64,000 nucleotides of DNA from Candidatus Poribacteria bacterium. GTDB lineage: Bacteria; Poribacteria; WGA-4E; UBA9662. Numbering within the stretch: the first letter of the stretch is position 1; each line of letters begins with the position of its first letter. Shown piece after piece: positions 30,052 through 40,503 of the stretch. The position numbers and the translations under genes are program-made. The notes beneath the pieces were generated by a model that worked only from the letters and a program-made list of their open reading frames with translations, was not told where the DNA came from and did not search any database. Location: NCBI GenBank assembly GCA_036339735.1, contig JAYZAL010000005.1, forward strand, positions 1 to 64,000, written 5' to 3'.

Positions 30052-30453
30052 TTAATTAGTTGATTGCAAAACAGCCTGATATCGGCCGCCAAGGTTCACG
30101 ACTGCATCAACTAATTGTTGACTCGTGACCTCACCTTTGTTTATTGTAACGACAGCACTATTTGGCATAGCAACGTCGGCTTTAACTACACCGGCAATTT
30201 CTGTGAGTGCAGACCGCACTCTGGTGACACAGCTGGCACCTCACGTCATCCCAGAAACTTTAAGCGAAACAGTTTCTGTTACTACATCATTGCCCGAAGC
30301 TGTTTTTGTATTTGATTGATTTGTCGAGTGATCTTTTTTTTCGACGTTTGTCTGTCCAGTTTCCGTCTCAATTTGACTTTGTTTCGAACACCCCAAAGTC
30401 AAAAGTAGACTTAAACTGACCAGAAAAACGCAAAAGTATTTCTGTTTTAACAT
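30052..30453 (-). CDS. Selenocysteine-containing heavy-metal-associated (HMA/CopZ/MerP-like) lipoprotein, 133 aa, UGA at codon 71
   Basis: AGAGGT SD plus ATG at 30453; lipobox LTLGC. In-frame TGA (30241-30243) in VSGMT-U-GASC; the frame continues 62 aa as an HMA fold (VRSALTEIAGVVKADV...QLVDAVVNLGGRY) to TAA at 30052; SECIS-like hairpin just downstream of the TGA. Confidence 0.88.
30201..30232 (-). promoter_or_regulatory. Bacterial SECIS element
   Basis: mRNA GAGUGC-GGUCU-GCACUC hairpin, loop starting 25 nt after the UGA; lower stem CUGU/ACAG; resembles the E. coli fdhF SECIS apical GGUCUGCAC. Confidence 0.8.
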
Positions 30454-30493
30454 ACAATATACCTCTAGCTGGAAATTGCACACAATTGTATAA

Positions 30494-32755
30494 GTGATTG
30501 CTGGCTATTGTCAATTCGATTTTGGGTTATCAAAAATGCAGTTGGTATTATTATTAAATGGTCGCCTAATTTTTATATTCTACATATTGGTTTTAATATC
30601 AATTAAGTCTATCTCAGCATTAGCTAGTGACGAATCTAATTTCCAGACAGCGGTAGAAAGATATCGAGAGAGAATCAACCAAGACCCTAAAAATTTAGAT
30701 TTACACAGAGAAATGATACTTTATGCGACCAAAACCAATCGAATAAATGTACCATTGCATATTTACAAAAATATTCAGGCTAAACAGCCTAATAACCCTC
30801 TCTTTTGCTATCTATTAGCTTATACCTACTTTCACTCTAAACATAGTATAGAACAAGCGATAGATTTAGCTAAAAAAACTTTATCTCATCAAAATAATTT
30901 CTGGCAAGCTAGTCAATTGTTAGGTGAATGCTATACACAAACAGGTAATACAAAATTGGCGGAGGAGATTTTCTTGCAAGCTGTTGAGGCCCACACGGAT
31001 GCTTGGCCTATAAAACTGCAATTAGCCAAGTTATACCAAAGTCAACAAGCTTATTTACGAGCTCTTACATATTATCGTCAACTTTCTTCCAACGAGCCGA
31101 AGTCAGCTTCCATACACTTTGAGATTGGTTTAATCCTACGTCATTTAAAGCGTTTACCCGAAGCTCAATCAGCTTTTCAAAGGTCTATTCGTCACGACAA
31201 AAAATATGTTTCAGCTCATTATCAAATAGGACAGATTTATGCTCTTCAAAAACGGCCTAACAAGGCAATAGACCAATACCGGAGAGCCCGTAAGTTTGAT
31301 CCTGCGCCCAAGCCTAAACCACGTTACGAGTTAGCAGCTATTTTTCTAAAACAGGAAGATGGACGTAATGCTATTTTAGCTTTAAGGAGCGGCATATCAC
31401 TGGATTCAAAGTATGCAAATTACACTAATCAATTCCAAAATGTTAGTACTTTGAATGCCGCTAAGAAACTTTCTGAAATATTGACTAATCTTCCAATAGA
31501 AACAGAAGATGATTGTTTCCTACACTTTTTTGTTGCCCATTTACATATCAAGACAGAACAGTTTGAAACTGCTCGTTGGCATTTAGAGCAAATTATATCA
31601 TTACAGCCGAACCACGCCGAAAGTCATGCCTTACTTGGTCAAATTTACGAACAATCCAATATGCCTGAAGCTATCAATGCCTTTGAACAAGCCGTTGAGC
31701 ATGGAAATGAAAAGGTTGAGATCATGCTCAAGCTAGCTCAAAATTATCAGAGGCAGAAAAAAAATGATAAATTCGTGGTAATTGCAGAAAAAATTTTGGC
31801 TTTGTCGCAGCATCCAGAAATTCACTATCAACTTGCTCTTTACTATGAAGAACAGGCTTTAATTAGAAAAGAATTTCTGGAAGAAGAAGCCATTACAAAA
31901 TTAGAGGAAAAAGCTTTATACCATGTTGACCAAGCGGTAAAAATAAATCCCGAATCGGCCAAGTATAATCTGAAACTGGGTTCTTACTACGATCAACGAA
32001 AAAAATTAAAAGCTATCCGGTTCTACGAAAAAGCAATTCAACTCGACCCACAAAACCCAGAAGGTTATTATAAACGGGGATTATTCATGTCTAACTACAC
32101 TTTTGGGGCAGCCAAAGTTTTATTATATGCTCCTGAAGATGTGATGGCAGATTTGACAAAATCGATTCAACTTGATCCAAATTCGATTGGTGCTCACCGA
32201 GCAATGGGTATTGTCTATGACCGAATGTATGATGTACCCAATGCCATCAAGTCTTTCAAAAGGGTAATTCAGTTAAACCCTCAAGATAGTTACGCCCAAA
32301 TTTATTTGGCTGAAAAATATGCGAATTCGGGACAAATACAGTTGGCAGTTAGCGCCTTGGAGCAAGCAATTAAAGGTAGTCCGAGCGATGTTGAAGCATT
32401 GAAAGATTACGCTTTCTTATCTTTGAAGTTTAATCAAGAATTGTTATGGAAGAAGGCTAAGAAGGCCCTGGAAACAGCTAACAAAATTCGTCCTGACGAT
32501 GCAGAAATTCTAATGAACTACGGATACACACTTTATCTAAGTGGTGAAATAGAGAAATCAGTTGAACAATATAAAAAATCGATTCAGCAAAAACCTGATT
32601 GGGATATAACATACTATAATCTAGCTTTAGCCTATGAACGTCTTAGGAAATATGATCTAGCAAAACAATCTTATCAAAAAGTATCTGAAATTAATCCAAA
32701 TGGTCCTTTGAACAATAAATCTATCAATCGACTGATCTTACTAGAGGGAAAGTAA
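30494..32755 (+). CDS. Tetratricopeptide repeat protein
   Basis: Many TPRs (AHYQIGQIY, YYNLALAYE, AHRAMGIVY); N-terminal hydrophobic segment; start uncertain. Confidence 0.9.
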   Translation: MIAGYCQFDFGLSKMQLVLLLNGRLIFIFYILVLISIKSISALASDESNFQTAVERYRERINQDPKNLDLHREMILYATKTNRINVPLHIYKNIQAKQPNNPLFCYLLAYTYFHSKHSIEQAIDLAKKTLSHQNNFWQASQLLGECYTQTGNTKLAEEIFLQAVEAHTDAWPIKLQLAKLYQSQQAYLRALTYYRQLSSNEPKSASIHFEIGLILRHLKRLPEAQSAFQRSIRHDKKYVSAHYQIGQIYALQKRPNKAIDQYRRARKFDPAPKPKPRYELAAIFLKQEDGRNAILALRSGISLDSKYANYTNQFQNVSTLNAAKKLSEILTNLPIETEDDCFLHFFVAHLHIKTEQFETARWHLEQIISLQPNHAESHALLGQIYEQSNMPEAINAFEQAVEHGNEKVEIMLKLAQNYQRQKKNDKFVVIAEKILALSQHPEIHYQLALYYEEQALIRKEFLEEEAITKLEEKALYHVDQAVKINPESAKYNLKLGSYYDQRKKLKAIRFYEKAIQLDPQNPEGYYKRGLFMSNYTFGAAKVLLYAPEDVMADLTKSIQLDPNSIGAHRAMGIVYDRMYDVPNAIKSFKRVIQLNPQDSYAQIYLAEKYANSGQIQLAVSALEQAIKGSPSDVEALKDYAFLSLKFNQELLWKKAKKALETANKIRPDDAEILMNYGYTLYLSGEIEKSVEQYKKSIQQKPDWDITYYNLALAYERLRKYDLAKQSYQKVSEINPNGPLNNKSINRLILLEGK

Positions 32756-32759
32756 AAAA

Positions 32760-33407
32760 TTGATAAATTTGGCTAAGCCTATCGGCCGCTTACATGTTAT
32801 TACTGACACGACTATCCAAAACCGATTTAGTCATACGCAATTAGCAGAATTGGCAATTTCTGGGGGGGCCGATACAATCCAATTTCGGCAAAAAAATACA
32901 TCAACGCGCCAGCTTATTGAAACTGCCAAGCAGCTAAGATCTATCTGCCGCTCGGAAGATGTTCCTCTTCTCATAAATGACCGCGCTGATATTGCCATTT
33001 CGGTTTCTGCTGATGGCGCTCATTTTGGTCAAGACGATCTACCCATCCACTTTGCTCGAAAAATCTTGCCAAACCAGTCAATCATTGGTGCTTCTGCGAG
33101 GAGTGAGGATAAAATTTTACAAGCTGTTTCCGAAGGGGCAGATTACATTGGGTTCGGCCCTATTTTCGCTACTTATAGCAAATCCGATGCAGAACTTCCA
33201 AAAGGATTAAAAAGTCTGGAACGAGTGACAAAACTAGTTGACTGTCCCATCATTGCAATTGGTGGTATTACTCTAAGTCGAATCTCAGAAGTTCTGATGG
33301 CAGGAGCTTATGGTGTGGCGGTTATTTCTGCAGTCTGTCAATCGAGCGCCCCTAAGCAAGCTACGATTGAACTAATGGCCGAAATCGAAAAAGGGATAGG
33401 GAAGTGA
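32760..33407 (+). CDS. thiE: Thiamine-phosphate synthase
   Basis: IQFRQK, LINDRADIA, HFGQDD, GADYIGFGPIFAT, AIGGI. Confidence 0.95.
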   Translation: MINLAKPIGRLHVITDTTIQNRFSHTQLAELAISGGADTIQFRQKNTSTRQLIETAKQLRSICRSEDVPLLINDRADIAISVSADGAHFGQDDLPIHFARKILPNQSIIGASARSEDKILQAVSEGADYIGFGPIFATYSKSDAELPKGLKSLERVTKLVDCPIIAIGGITLSRISEVLMAGAYGVAVISAVCQSSAPKQATIELMAEIEKGIGK

Positions 33408-33997
33408 CATTTTACCCAAACCAACCGATTCCCTTTGATATTAATCTCCATCGTTATTGTCGTGACCGAAAATTCCCCCCCTATCGCCATATTCCAGGTT
33501 TTACACCACACCCAGTCAAGCACCCTAGAGGACACAGTTATAAAAAAGAACATAAAAGATCATCTAATACCACCACCTTAGTATTGCCTCCCGAAAAGTG
33601 GCAATACAATCAACAATATTTGTATGGAGTCGATCTTTTCAACTTTTCTTACTGGTGGGAGGCTCATGAAGTTTGGGAGGAAGATTGGTATCAGTCTAAG
33701 GGGAACCAAAAGAAATTTCTACAAGGTTTGATTCAAATCTGTGCAGCAATGATAAAACAACATGTTTATCAATGGCGAGGCGTAAAAAAATTGTCTAAGC
33801 GCGGGTGTGCTAAACTATCTGAGGTTGAATCGAATCATCCTGTCTATATGGGAATTAGTTTGGCCTGCTTACTGCACAGGCTTGATTTGTTCTTCAGAAA
33901 TATCATTGATCATGGAGAATCTAATAAACCAATCGATTCATCTCTGCTCACTTCGCCACCTTTAATTCAATTAGTTTTCCCTACGAATGTCAAATAA
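33404..33997 (+). CDS. DUF309 domain protein
   Basis: GVDLFNFSYWWEAHEVWEEDW, LQGLIQICAA. Confidence 0.85.
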   Translation: MTFYPNQPIPFDINLHRYCRDRKFPPYRHIPGFTPHPVKHPRGHSYKKEHKRSSNTTTLVLPPEKWQYNQQYLYGVDLFNFSYWWEAHEVWEEDWYQSKGNQKKFLQGLIQICAAMIKQHVYQWRGVKKLSKRGCAKLSEVESNHPVYMGISLACLLHRLDLFFRNIIDHGESNKPIDSSLLTSPPLIQLVFPTNVK

Positions 33998-35906
33998 CCA
34001 TACGACACAAATCATTACTAAGAGAGCCGTTCTAGTTGGACTATTTTTGGTCATTGTTAATGCTTACTGGGTTGGCATTGCTAGTGAACTTTGGTATGCG
34101 GTTTACACACTGGTGTCACCTTTCTCTAATGCAGTATTCACATTGGCTTTACTCCTTCTTATCAATGCAGGATTGAGCCGATATGCAGAAAATCTGGCAT
34201 TCACAGCAGGCGAGTTACTCTTAATATATACAATGGTAACGATGGTTTCTACGATTTCTGGCCATGCCATGATGGCAATTTTGATGGGAGGATTAGCTCA
34301 TCCTTTTTGGTTTGCCTCACCAGAGAATGAGTGGTCTGAACTATTTCTACATCATATTCCATCTTGGATGACGGTTAGCCAAACGGAGGCTCTGCGCGGC
34401 TACTATGAAGGTGGAACCAGTGTTTTCAGATCGGAATCGTTTAAGGCCTGGTTATTACCAGTTTCTCTATGGTCAGGTTTCATTCTGGTTTTATATTGTT
34501 CTTTACTATGTATTGGATTGATATTACGTAAACACTGGATGGAACGAGAAAAATTGAGTTTTCCACTAACCCAACTACCACTACAGATGACAACCAACAG
34601 AAATTTTTTCAAACTGAAAACACTCTGGATTGGTTTTTCTATTTCTGCAATCATTAGAGTAACAAATGGGCTTCACGACATTTTTCCTGCTTTACCAAGT
34701 TTTCCTAGTAATTTCGTGCTCGATCGCTTCTTTACCGAAAAGCCATGGAATGCCATTGGTTATAGCTCTATGTCCTTTAATTTAGCAATCGTAGGGTTAA
34801 CGTACTTTATGCCTCTGGATTTAGCTTTTTCAACTTGGTTTTTCTTCTGGTTGACTAGAGCCGAACGAATTACTGCTAGTCTCGTTGGTATTAACATTTC
34901 CGACTTACATCTTAACGACCGAGCTACAGGAGGTTGGATTGGGATTGCAGTTATTACTTTGTGGGGGGCAAGACGTCATCTATCCGATATTTTTCGAAAC
35001 CTTGTTGGCCAGTTAGATGCTAATGAATCGGATGAACCAATATCTTTTCCAACTTTAATTACAATGACATTAATTTGTATTATTCTAGTTTTTGCTTTTT
35101 GCTATTTAGCAGGTATGTCAATTTGGACCATCTCGGTTTTTTATCTTATTTTTATAGCTTTTGCGCTGGCTATTGGTAGAGTACGAGCTGAATTGGGACC
35201 ACCCTATCATGAGGTCATTGGGATTAATCCTAGACAAATGATGGTCGATATTTTTGGTACTCGCCGGCTTGGAGGAAACAATCTAACCATCATCAGTTTC
35301 TTGTACGCATTCAACCGTTGTAACCGCTCACACCCGATGCCCAATCAAATCGAAAGTTTACGTGTCGGCGATCGTGCTAGAATACCTGCACTGCCACTCA
35401 TTATAGCATTGGTACTCGCAATTGGATTTGGCGCTTTTGCCACCTTTTGGTCTTACTTAGAATTTATGTACCGTTATGGTCTAGATCGATGTCATGGAGC
35501 TATTGGCCATTTCGGTCGAGAAACGTTCAACCCTCTCCAGAACTGGTTACAACACCCCCGTGAGACCGAGGTTCGCGGGATTTCTTTCATGTTCGGTGGT
35601 TTGGGGTTCGTCTTTCTTCTACAGTTCTTGCGAAGCCATTTCATCTGGTGGCCGCTTCATGCTTCCGGTTACGTCTTGTCCGGGGCCAACTGGGGTGGGC
35701 TGATCTACTTTTGGTTTCCTGTGATGGTTAGTTGGCTAATTAAGTCTTTGATTCTGAAGTTTTCAGGCTGGCAGACGCACAAAAGATTAGAACCACTTTT
35801 CTTGGGGTTAGTCTTGGGAGACTATGTGCCCAGAAGCATCTTGAGCATATTAAGTTTTGTTCTAAATCTCTATATGCCTTCGTCTGGAGCAGGTCATACT
35901 TTATAA
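33987..35906 (+). CDS. Multi-pass membrane protein, DUF6785/DUF6784-like (putative transporter)
   Basis: Many TMs; RKHWMEREKLSFPL, RVRAELG, WWPLHASGY, FLGLVLGD. Family name is from recall, not from a search. Confidence 0.65.
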   Translation: MSNNHTTQIITKRAVLVGLFLVIVNAYWVGIASELWYAVYTLVSPFSNAVFTLALLLLINAGLSRYAENLAFTAGELLLIYTMVTMVSTISGHAMMAILMGGLAHPFWFASPENEWSELFLHHIPSWMTVSQTEALRGYYEGGTSVFRSESFKAWLLPVSLWSGFILVLYCSLLCIGLILRKHWMEREKLSFPLTQLPLQMTTNRNFFKLKTLWIGFSISAIIRVTNGLHDIFPALPSFPSNFVLDRFFTEKPWNAIGYSSMSFNLAIVGLTYFMPLDLAFSTWFFFWLTRAERITASLVGINISDLHLNDRATGGWIGIAVITLWGARRHLSDIFRNLVGQLDANESDEPISFPTLITMTLICIILVFAFCYLAGMSIWTISVFYLIFIAFALAIGRVRAELGPPYHEVIGINPRQMMVDIFGTRRLGGNNLTIISFLYAFNRCNRSHPMPNQIESLRVGDRARIPALPLIIALVLAIGFGAFATFWSYLEFMYRYGLDRCHGAIGHFGRETFNPLQNWLQHPRETEVRGISFMFGGLGFVFLLQFLRSHFIWWPLHASGYVLSGANWGGLIYFWFPVMVSWLIKSLILKFSGWQTHKRLEPLFLGLVLGDYVPRSILSILSFVLNLYMPSSGAGHTL

Positions 35907-35913
35907 TCGACAT

Positions 35914-36087
35914 TCACGACCGGCGAATAAAATTTACCAAACCCTTAATGGGTCTGAGTAAACCAATAAATAGCGCAGACAAAATCCCCAAGATAACTAA
36001 CAGCTGTAGTGACTCTGGACCAAGTGCAAATAGACCAATGTAAGCTATGAGGGATATGAAACCAATCAGGCCTATCTTCTTGAACAT
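35914..36087 (-). CDS. Small (57 aa) two-helix membrane protein directly downstream of sdhB
   Basis: ATG immediately follows the sdhB TAA; MFKKIGLIGFISLIAYIGLFALGPESLQLLVILGILSALFIGLLRPIKGLVNFIRRS; fills the gap to the convergent gene; absent from the supplied ORF track. Confidence 0.6.
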   Translation of the reverse strand: MFKKIGLIGFISLIAYIGLFALGPESLQLLVILGILSALFIGLLRPIKGLVNFIRRS

Positions 36088-36828
36088 TTAACCAATGATA
36101 GCTTTCATATACTCTCGTCGCATTCGGCCTATATTGGAAATAGAAATTTCTTTCGGGCAAACGGCTTCGCACTCACCATGATTTGAGCAGTCCCCGAAGC
36201 CTTCTGCATCCATTTGCTCAACCATTCGTAGAACGCGTGTTTTGCTTTCAGGTTTTCCTTGCGGCAAGATTGCTAATTGAGCAACTTTTGCACCAACAAA
36301 CAAGGACGCAGATGCATTTGGACATGAAGCAACACAGGCTCCACAACCAATACAAGCTGCGGCATCCATAGCTTCGTCTGCGACTTCTTTAGCAATCGGC
36401 AAAGCATTTCCATCAGGTGCATTTCCAACATTGACAGATACATATCCACCACTAGCGACAATTCGGTCAAAGGCAGATCTATCAACGACGAGGTCTTTGA
36501 CTACCGGAAATGCATTGGCTCGCCAGGGTTCAATAGTAATTGAATCTCCATCACTAAATGAGCGCATGTGAAGTTGACAGGTAGCCGTGCCTGTTTTAGG
36601 CCCATGGGCAACACCATTAATGACTAAACTGCACATGCCACAGATTCCTTCCCGACAGTCATTATCAAACTCTATTGGTTCATCTCCCCGACGAATTAAA
36701 TCTTGGTTTAATTCATCTAGCATTTCCAAAAAAGACATGTCCGGTGAAACACCTTCTACCGCATAATCGACCATATTCCCAGAGACTAAGTGATTATTTT
36801 GTCTCCAAATTTTCAGATTTAGTTTCAT
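36088..36828 (-). CDS. sdhB: Succinate dehydrogenase/fumarate reductase iron-sulfur subunit
   Basis: [34 protein letters not shown]. Confidence 0.96.
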   Translation of the reverse strand: MKLNLKIWRQNNHLVSGNMVDYAVEGVSPDMSFLEMLDELNQDLIRRGDEPIEFDNDCREGICGMCSLVINGVAHGPKTGTATCQLHMRSFSDGDSITIEPWRANAFPVVKDLVVDRSAFDRIVASGGYVSVNVGNAPDGNALPIAKEVADEAMDAAACIGCGACVASCPNASASLFVGAKVAQLAILPQGKPESKTRVLRMVEQMDAEGFGDCSNHGECEAVCPKEISISNIGRMRREYMKAIIG

Positions 36829-36841
36829 AATTTACCCATTA

Positions 36842-38761
36842 TTATTTATAGCTTCTTTGGGTCAACTCAACATTTTCGAAAACTAGTGGTTCTTTATGTA
36901 GTCTCCAATTGATGTCTCCCTGCACCTCGATCCTTTCCCAGGCTGAAGTGTAGCTGTAATTCTCATCATCTCGGAGAGCTTCACCTTCAGGGGTTTGACT
37001 CTCTTCACGAAAATGACCACCACAGGATTCGGCACGATCTCTTGCGTCGATAGCCATTAATTCTGCTAGTTCTAAGTAATCGGCAATCCTACCAGCAAAC
37101 TCTAAATTCTTGTTCATGGTATCCTGGTTTCCTACTACATTGACATTCTGCCAGAACTCATCTCGAATTTGAGAAATGTCTTTCTTGGCAAGAAGCAATC
37201 CCTCTGCATTACGAGACATCCCAACATAATCCCATAGAATTTGACCGATTTGGCGGTGGAATTCTTGTGGTGTTTTTTCGCCTTTTACTGACAGTAATCG
37301 GGTGAGTTTACCCTTAGCCTCTGATTCAACTTGACGAAAAGCAGGGTCCTCTACTGTGACAGAAGGTATTTCCGTACCTGCCAAGTAATGGCCTAGAGTA
37401 TATGGAATAACAAAGTAACCGTCAGCTAACCCTTGCATTAATGCACTAGCCCCAAGTCTATTTGCTCCATGATCAGAGAAGTTAGCTTCGCCCAATACAT
37501 GTAATCCTGGAATGTTACTCATCAAATTATAGTCCACCCACAAACCACCCATCGTGTAGTGTACTGCAGGGAAAATCCGCATAGGCGATTGATAAGGGTT
37601 TTCATCAGTGATACTTTGGTACATGTCAAACAAATTTCCGTACTTATCCCGGATTGTTTGCTCTCCCATACGTTCAATAGCATCAGCAAAATCAAGGTAA
37701 ACAGACAAACCTGTTGAACCAACACCTCGGCCATCGTCACAAACTTCTTTTGCATTGCGTGAAGCTACGTCACGAGGCACCAGATTACCAAAGGATGGAT
37801 ATTTCCGTTCTAAGTAATAATCACGCTCATCTTCGGGAATCTGATCAGGTGGCCTCAAGTCACCAGCTTGTTTAGGAACCCAGACCCGACCGTCGTTTCG
37901 TAGGCTTTCACTCATAAGTGTTAGCTTCGACTGGTGATTGCCTGACACAGGGATACATGTTGGGTGAATTTGTGTATAGCAAGGGTTAGCGAAGTAGGCT
38001 CCTCGTTGGTGACATCTCCAAGCAGCGGTTACATTGGAGTTAATAGCATTAGTCGACAGATAGAAAGCATTACCATAACCACCTGTACAAAGTAGAACTG
38101 CATCACCGGCGTAGCTTTCAATTTCTCCAGTAACTAGGTTTCGAACAACAATACCTCGAGCTTTGTCATCAACTAGTACTAGGTCTAGCATTTCTCTACG
38201 AGTGAACAAATCAATCGCACCAAGGTCAACTTGTCGCATCATTGAACTGTAAGCCCCCAATAAGAGCTGTTGTCCAGTCTGTCCACGAGCGTAAAAGGTC
38301 CGAGATACTTGGGCACCACCAAATGAACGATTGGCCAATGTGCCACCATACTCGCGAGCAAATGGAACCCCTTGTGCAACGCACTGATCGATAATATTAG
38401 AACTGATTTCAGCCAAACGATGAACGTTTGCCTCTCGAGACCTATAATCACCGCCCTTTATGGTGTCGTAAAAAAGTCTCCAGACACTATCACCATCATT
38501 TGGGTAGTTCTTTGTGGCGTTGATACCACCTTGAGCAGCAATACTGTGAGCACGACGAGGTGTGTCTTGGATACAGAATGATTTGACGTGATAACCAAGT
38601 TCTGCCAGTGTCGCCGCCGCAGAAGCCCCAGCCAAACCTGTACCCACTATTAAGATAGTGAATTTTCTTTTGTTGGCAGGATTGACTAACTTCATGTCGA
38701 ATTTGTAGCGTTCCCATTTGGAACCTAAGTCGCCTGCGGGTACTTTTGAATCTAGTCTCAT
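36842..38761 (-). CDS. sdhA: Succinate dehydrogenase/fumarate reductase flavoprotein subunit
   Basis: [45 protein letters not shown]. Confidence 0.97.
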   Translation of the reverse strand: MRLDSKVPAGDLGSKWERYKFDMKLVNPANKRKFTILIVGTGLAGASAAATLAELGYHVKSFCIQDTPRRAHSIAAQGGINATKNYPNDGDSVWRLFYDTIKGGDYRSREANVHRLAEISSNIIDQCVAQGVPFAREYGGTLANRSFGGAQVSRTFYARGQTGQQLLLGAYSSMMRQVDLGAIDLFTRREMLDLVLVDDKARGIVVRNLVTGEIESYAGDAVLLCTGGYGNAFYLSTNAINSNVTAAWRCHQRGAYFANPCYTQIHPTCIPVSGNHQSKLTLMSESLRNDGRVWVPKQAGDLRPPDQIPEDERDYYLERKYPSFGNLVPRDVASRNAKEVCDDGRGVGSTGLSVYLDFADAIERMGEQTIRDKYGNLFDMYQSITDENPYQSPMRIFPAVHYTMGGLWVDYNLMSNIPGLHVLGEANFSDHGANRLGASALMQGLADGYFVIPYTLGHYLAGTEIPSVTVEDPAFRQVESEAKGKLTRLLSVKGEKTPQEFHRQIGQILWDYVGMSRNAEGLLLAKKDISQIRDEFWQNVNVVGNQDTMNKNLEFAGRIADYLELAELMAIDARDRAESCGGHFREESQTPEGEALRDDENYSYTSAWERIEVQGDINWRLHKEPLVFENVELTQRSYK

Positions 38762-38838
38762 TTCGTATCCTCTTCTCCTATCTTATTTCTCAACAGCAAT
38801 GTTATAATCATTATTCCCATCAGTAAAGATAAGACTTT

Positions 38839-39537
38839 TTATTTCAGCGATTTAGCAAATACGATAAGAGGGACAGCTAAAAAGCCAAACGACATGAGCA
38901 GGGAAAACAATAATCCTGCTTGATGGATAGCTATTTCAAATTTTGGAAATCGAATACCGAGAGATTGGAAAGCACTCCAAAAACCGTGTCGTAAGTGCAA
39001 GCCCAACATTAGCATGGTCACCGTGTATAGAGCCACCATGTGGAACTTACCAAACTCTTCAATCACGAACTTGTATAAGTCTCTGACGGTCTCACCATGT
39101 AAAACGGTTTGATAACCCTCTTCCATCCCGGGACCAAACTTAAAATGCTTGACATGCAGTACTACAAAAACTAGTAATAGAAGTCCAGTAAAAGCCATCG
39201 ATAAAGAGGAGAGTGTCTTCTGGCTATTTCCCCCTGCATTGCCATCTTTTCGGTATGAAATGGGGCGTGATCTTATTTTGTTTAGAGCTATTGAGACACC
39301 AGTGATGATGTGGGTCAGAAAAAAGGCTATTAAGCCTAGCTCCATTAGATACAAAACTTTTCCATGTCCAACTGTGTGAAGAAAATGAGCATACTCGTTA
39401 AAAGGATCAGGATTGTCTGTCAGGAGCAGTAAGTTTCCCGTCAAGTGAACAGCCACGAACCCACAGAGGCCTAGCCCAGTTATACCCGTCAATAGTTTTT
39501 TGCCGACTGACGACCAGAGTAATTTGGCAAGTTGCAC
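38839..39537 (-). CDS. sdhC: Succinate dehydrogenase cytochrome b558 subunit (type B, 5 TM)
   Basis: SSVGKK...TG, HLTGN, FLTH, VVLHVKHF, HLRHGFWSAFQSLG. Confidence 0.93.
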   Translation of the reverse strand: MQLAKLLWSSVGKKLLTGITGLGLCGFVAVHLTGNLLLLTDNPDPFNEYAHFLHTVGHGKVLYLMELGLIAFFLTHIITGVSIALNKIRSRPISYRKDGNAGGNSQKTLSSLSMAFTGLLLLVFVVLHVKHFKFGPGMEEGYQTVLHGETVRDLYKFVIEEFGKFHMVALYTVTMLMLGLHLRHGFWSAFQSLGIRFPKFEIAIHQAGLLFSLLMSFGFLAVPLIVFAKSLK

Positions 39538-39756
39538 CGTTTATTGTTCCTTGAGGACCAGTTAGGTCTAATTACTAATTATCCAGTAAAAAATAACACA
39601 TTTATAAGGTTGATTCAAATATCATTTGTAATGAATAACAATTAACGTCCGTCTCGTCTTATCTACGAAAAAGGCCTATAATTGACGATTATAGAGTATT
39701 TGTAGTAGAATGAAGAAGATGATAGATTAGAATCTGTTCCGAGGCGAATCCGAGAG

Positions 39757-40503
39757 ATGGACTTAAATACAAAAGTAGCAGTTGTAACCGGTGCAGGACA
39801 AGGAATCGGTCGAGCAATCGCACAAAGGTTAGCTAAAGCCCAAGCCCAAGTTATACTGCTGGATATTCGGCTTGATGCTATTGAGTCAGTAGCTGAGGAA
39901 ATTTATTCCCATGGAGGTTCGGCAAAGCCAATCAAAATTGACGTAACTGATGGAGACAGGATTCGATACATAGTACAACAGATAATCTCTGAATTTCGGA
40001 GAATCGATATTCTCATCAACAATGCCGGCATTACTGGTCGAACTGCTCCAATGATTCAATTGAACGAACAAGACTGGGATCAAGTGATGGACTTAAATCT
40101 CAAATCCGTGTTTTTGTTTTGTAAAGCCGTACTTGGACCTATGATCGAGCAAAAATATGGTAAAATTGTTAATGTAGCATCGATTGCTGGCAAGGAAGGA
40201 AACCCAACGTTACTTCCTTATTCTGTTTCTAAATCAGGTGTGATTTGCTTGACTAAAGCGCTAGCTAAGGAAGTCACATGCCACGGAATTAATGTTAACT
40301 GTGTCTCACCAGCTGTCATACAGACACCCATCTTGGATGGGATGGCAACTTCGACCGTAGACTATATGATTGGTAAAATTCCTATGGGGCGGGTTGGTCA
40401 ACCAGAAGAGGTCGCGGCTGTAGTCCATTTTTTAGCTTCTGATGATGCTAGCTTCGTAACAGGCCAGTGCTATGATGTTAGTGGCGGACGTGCGACCTAC
40501 TAG
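39757..40503 (+). CDS. SDR family oxidoreductase (FabG-like)
   Basis: TGAGQGIG, NNAG, YSVSK, FVTGQCYDVSGG. Upstream TTGACG-N18-TAGAAT at 39682-39711. Confidence 0.93.
   Translation: MDLNTKVAVVTGAGQGIGRAIAQRLAKAQAQVILLDIRLDAIESVAEEIYSHGGSAKPIKIDVTDGDRIRYIVQQIISEFRRIDILINNAGITGRTAPMIQLNEQDWDQVMDLNLKSVFLFCKAVLGPMIEQKYGKIVNVASIAGKEGNPTLLPYSVSKSGVICLTKALAKEVTCHGINVNCVSPAVIQTPILDGMATSTVDYMIGKIPMGRVGQPEEVAAVVHFLASDDASFVTGQCYDVSGGRATY

Noticed and set aside
30241-30243. Alternative genetic code (TGA read as Trp or Gly)
   Set aside because: TGA ends full-length genes such as thiE, udg, murA and the DUF1501 gene, and long genes contain no internal TGA.
30241-30483. 80-aa ORF treated as a complete small protein or HMA pseudogene
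   Set aside because: The stop is TGA at the conserved Cys position, with an intact downstream frame and a SECIS-like hairpin; Sec readthrough explains it better.
32700-32760. TPP riboswitch upstream of thiE
   Set aside because: Only 4 nt separate thiE from the upstream gene, and I saw no TPP aptamer core motif.
35945-36172. 75-aa ORF from the track overlapping the end of sdhB
   Set aside because: It overlaps sdhB out of frame and has unprotein-like composition; the 35914-36087 frame is the better candidate.
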